Shown in pieces: positions 42,127 to 43,340 of a stretch of DNA of 43,340 bases (its first letter is position 1; every line of letters starts with the position of its first letter). The stretch lies in IMG/VR virus record IMGVR_UViG_3300045988_176239. One strand, given 5' to 3'. Under the pieces are notes generated by a model. That model had not been told where the DNA came from. It did no database searches and saw only the letters and a list, made by a program, of their open reading frames with translations. The position numbers and the translations under genes are program-made. This DNA comes from a virus.

Positions 42127-42303
42127 ACAACACACGCCAACCCACAAACAAAGAAAAACGAGAAGAGAAAAGACAAAGACAGGAACAAGAGAGTAGCGTT
42201 AGACGGTGGAGGCGCTCGTCTCGCTGACGCTGCGACGCGCCACCACCTAACACAAACAAAAAAAACAAAGACAAAAAGAAAAGAACAAAAAGAAGAAAAC
42301 ACG

Positions 42304-42648
42304 ATGAGCAGAACAAGCACACGCGAACACAAACAATTCAGAAAACAAGTACTCGCCCGAGCACAACAAATGGGCATCACACACTGCCCAGCATGCGGAA
42401 CCAAACTCCAATACAACAACAACGGACAACGCAAACCCAACTCAGCTGAAGCAGACCACATAATCCCAGCCTCACTAGGCGGAACCAACCACCCAGACAA
42501 CGGCAGAGTCCTCTGCGCCAAATGCAACAGCAGACGAGGCAACGGACGAGGAGGCAAAGGAAGAGCACGCCACTACCAGAAAAACGAGAACGAAAGAGAC
42601 AGACTCCCTATCGCTGTCATGCCAACACAACACAGTGACACATGGTAA
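42304..42648 (+). CDS. HNH endonuclease (packaging-associated type)
   Basis: 114 aa from ATG 42304 with CPACG...ADHIIPASLGGTNHPDNGRVLCAKCNSRRGN (HNH with two CxxC pairs). It lies one gene before terS/terL across the circular junction. Confidence 0.85.
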   Translation: MSRTSTREHKQFRKQVLARAQQMGITHCPACGTKLQYNNNGQRKPNSAEADHIIPASLGGTNHPDNGRVLCAKCNSRRGNGRGGKGRARHYQKNENERDRLPIAVMPTQHSDTW

Positions 42649-42758
42649 CCCCCCCGCCATTCCACACCAACAAGAAAAGCGGACAGTAAAGAAAAACAGT
42701 GGAGGAGAAGAGAAGAGAGAACAAGACAACAAGAAAGACGCAATGGTGTTCGGGGATA

Positions 42759-42791
42759 ACGTGCGTGCTCGCAAAGCTGCGCGCGCACTAC
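42759..42791. repeat. 33-bp direct repeat (copy 2)
   Basis: Identical to 42094-42126. Both copies are followed by about 20 nt of A/C-rich sequence and then a purine (aaagaaaag-type) tract. Confidence 0.9.
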
Positions 42792-43285
42792 CCCGAACAC
42801 CAACACAAAAGGAAAAAAAGAAAGAAGAAAAGAAAGAGAAGAATGGACTGCAACAAACACACCACCACCCACCGCCCTTCTGCCCGAACACAAACCACCA
42901 CCGACATTCCACAATGACACAACCCTGACATTAAAACACAACCCTAAACCAACAATGCTGTGACAGCAAACACAGTGAAGGACGGGGGCGACGCAAGGAG
43001 AACAGAGCGGGACACGGTTCCACCACCACACCTCCCCACCGCACTTCTCCACCCACAACAAACAACACAAAGGGGAAGCAAGACAACGCAAGGGGAACAG
43101 GACAACACAAAGGCGCCCAGCCCAAAGACGGGGGACGCCACAGCACACACCACCCCCGCCATTCAACACGGCCACCACACAAACAGAAGAGGGACGCCAA
43201 CATACAGACGGGGAGGACAACAACACTGCCGCCCTTCATTCACCATGCCACCCCACCCCGCAACACCACCCCACCATCCACAATG

Positions 43286-43340
43286 CCCCCACCCACTACC
43301 ATTGCAAGGGGGGAGTTACCGGAGGATACCCCACCACACA
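43286..43340. repeat. 55-bp terminal direct repeat (second copy)
   Basis: Identical to 1-55. Confidence 0.9.

Larger units (their letters stand above)
41990..43340 (+). other. Right half of the T-poor, A/C- and A/G-rich non-coding junction tract (interrupted only by the HNH gene)
   Basis: Read directly. T is nearly absent over long stretches, and all ORFs other than the HNH gene are low complexity. Confidence 0.7.

Noticed and set aside
42024-43239. ORFs in the right junction tract (42100-42303 extension of the HNH ORF, 42573-43226 -, 42475-42912 -, 42635-42928 + and others), plus a possible 24-codon micro-ORF at 42843
   Set aside because: Same compositional artefact, with Lys/Glu/Thr/His- or Cys/Val/Gly/Leu-rich products. 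The HNH homology starts only at ATG 42304. The micro-ORF has a purine tract upstream but nothing else supports it.
1-43340. Search for tRNA, rRNA, CRISPR arrays, an integrase/attP, a repressor, a methyltransferase, a DNA polymerase and toxin-antitoxin pairs
   Set aside because: By eye I found no T-loop/acceptor-stem pattern, no regularly spaced repeat-spacer array, and no tyrosine/serine recombinase or polymerase motifs. Absence cannot be proven without tRNAscan, HMM searches and similar tools.

Overview
The window is a complete, circularly closed phage genome of about 43,285 bp; bases 1-55 are identical to 43286-43340. It is a siphovirus-type phage with actinobacteriophage-like gene content and mid/high GC.

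Layout:
- (i) T-poor, A/C-rich, almost gene-free junction tract (about 41,990-43,340, continuing at 1-930). It holds one HNH endonuclease gene.
- (ii) Rightward packaging/head/tail operon, 931-20,465: small-terminase candidate, TerL, portal, MuF-like protein, scaffold, HK97-type capsid, connectors, major tail protein, and G/GT chaperones with a GGGAAAC -1 frameshift. It also encodes a 1,520-aa tape measure with about nine 44-aa Trp-rich repeats and an NlpC/P60 domain, then Dit/Tal-like and fibre proteins and a putative TIM-barrel glycosidase.
- (iii) Leftward 3.9-kb accessory block, 20,542-24,454, wedged between tail and lysis genes: dCTP-deaminase family protein, DUF3310 fusion, Pro-rich membrane protein, unknowns.
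- (iv) Rightward lysis cassette, 24,664-27,470: two-domain endolysin, an AT-rich moron-like membrane gene, and two further membrane proteins.
- (v) Long leftward replication/recombination arm, 27,546-40,372: RuvC-like resolvase, Zn-ribbon repeat protein, DUF669 SSB-like protein, RecA-like AAA ATPase, Cas4-like PD-(D/E)XK nuclease, SNF2 helicase, AEP-primase-like and DUF3987-like proteins, and many small unknowns. There is no DNA polymerase.
- (vi) Rightward cassette of two small acidic proteins, 40,540-41,331.
- (vii) Repeat-dense regulatory/origin-like region, 41,340-41,990.

No integrase, repressor, tRNA, rRNA or CRISPR array was recognised, so the phage is probably virulent.

Most unusual observations:
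- About 2.5 kb of strand-asymmetric non-coding DNA around the packaging genes, with several motif arrays.
- Three pairs of long exact direct repeats (21, 25 and 33 bp), each bracketing a strand-switch cassette.
- Operator/iteron-like arrays at 41.4-41.9 kb.
- Families of intergenic hairpins that share arm sequences.

All functional calls come from motif and architecture recognition by eye. No database search was possible.
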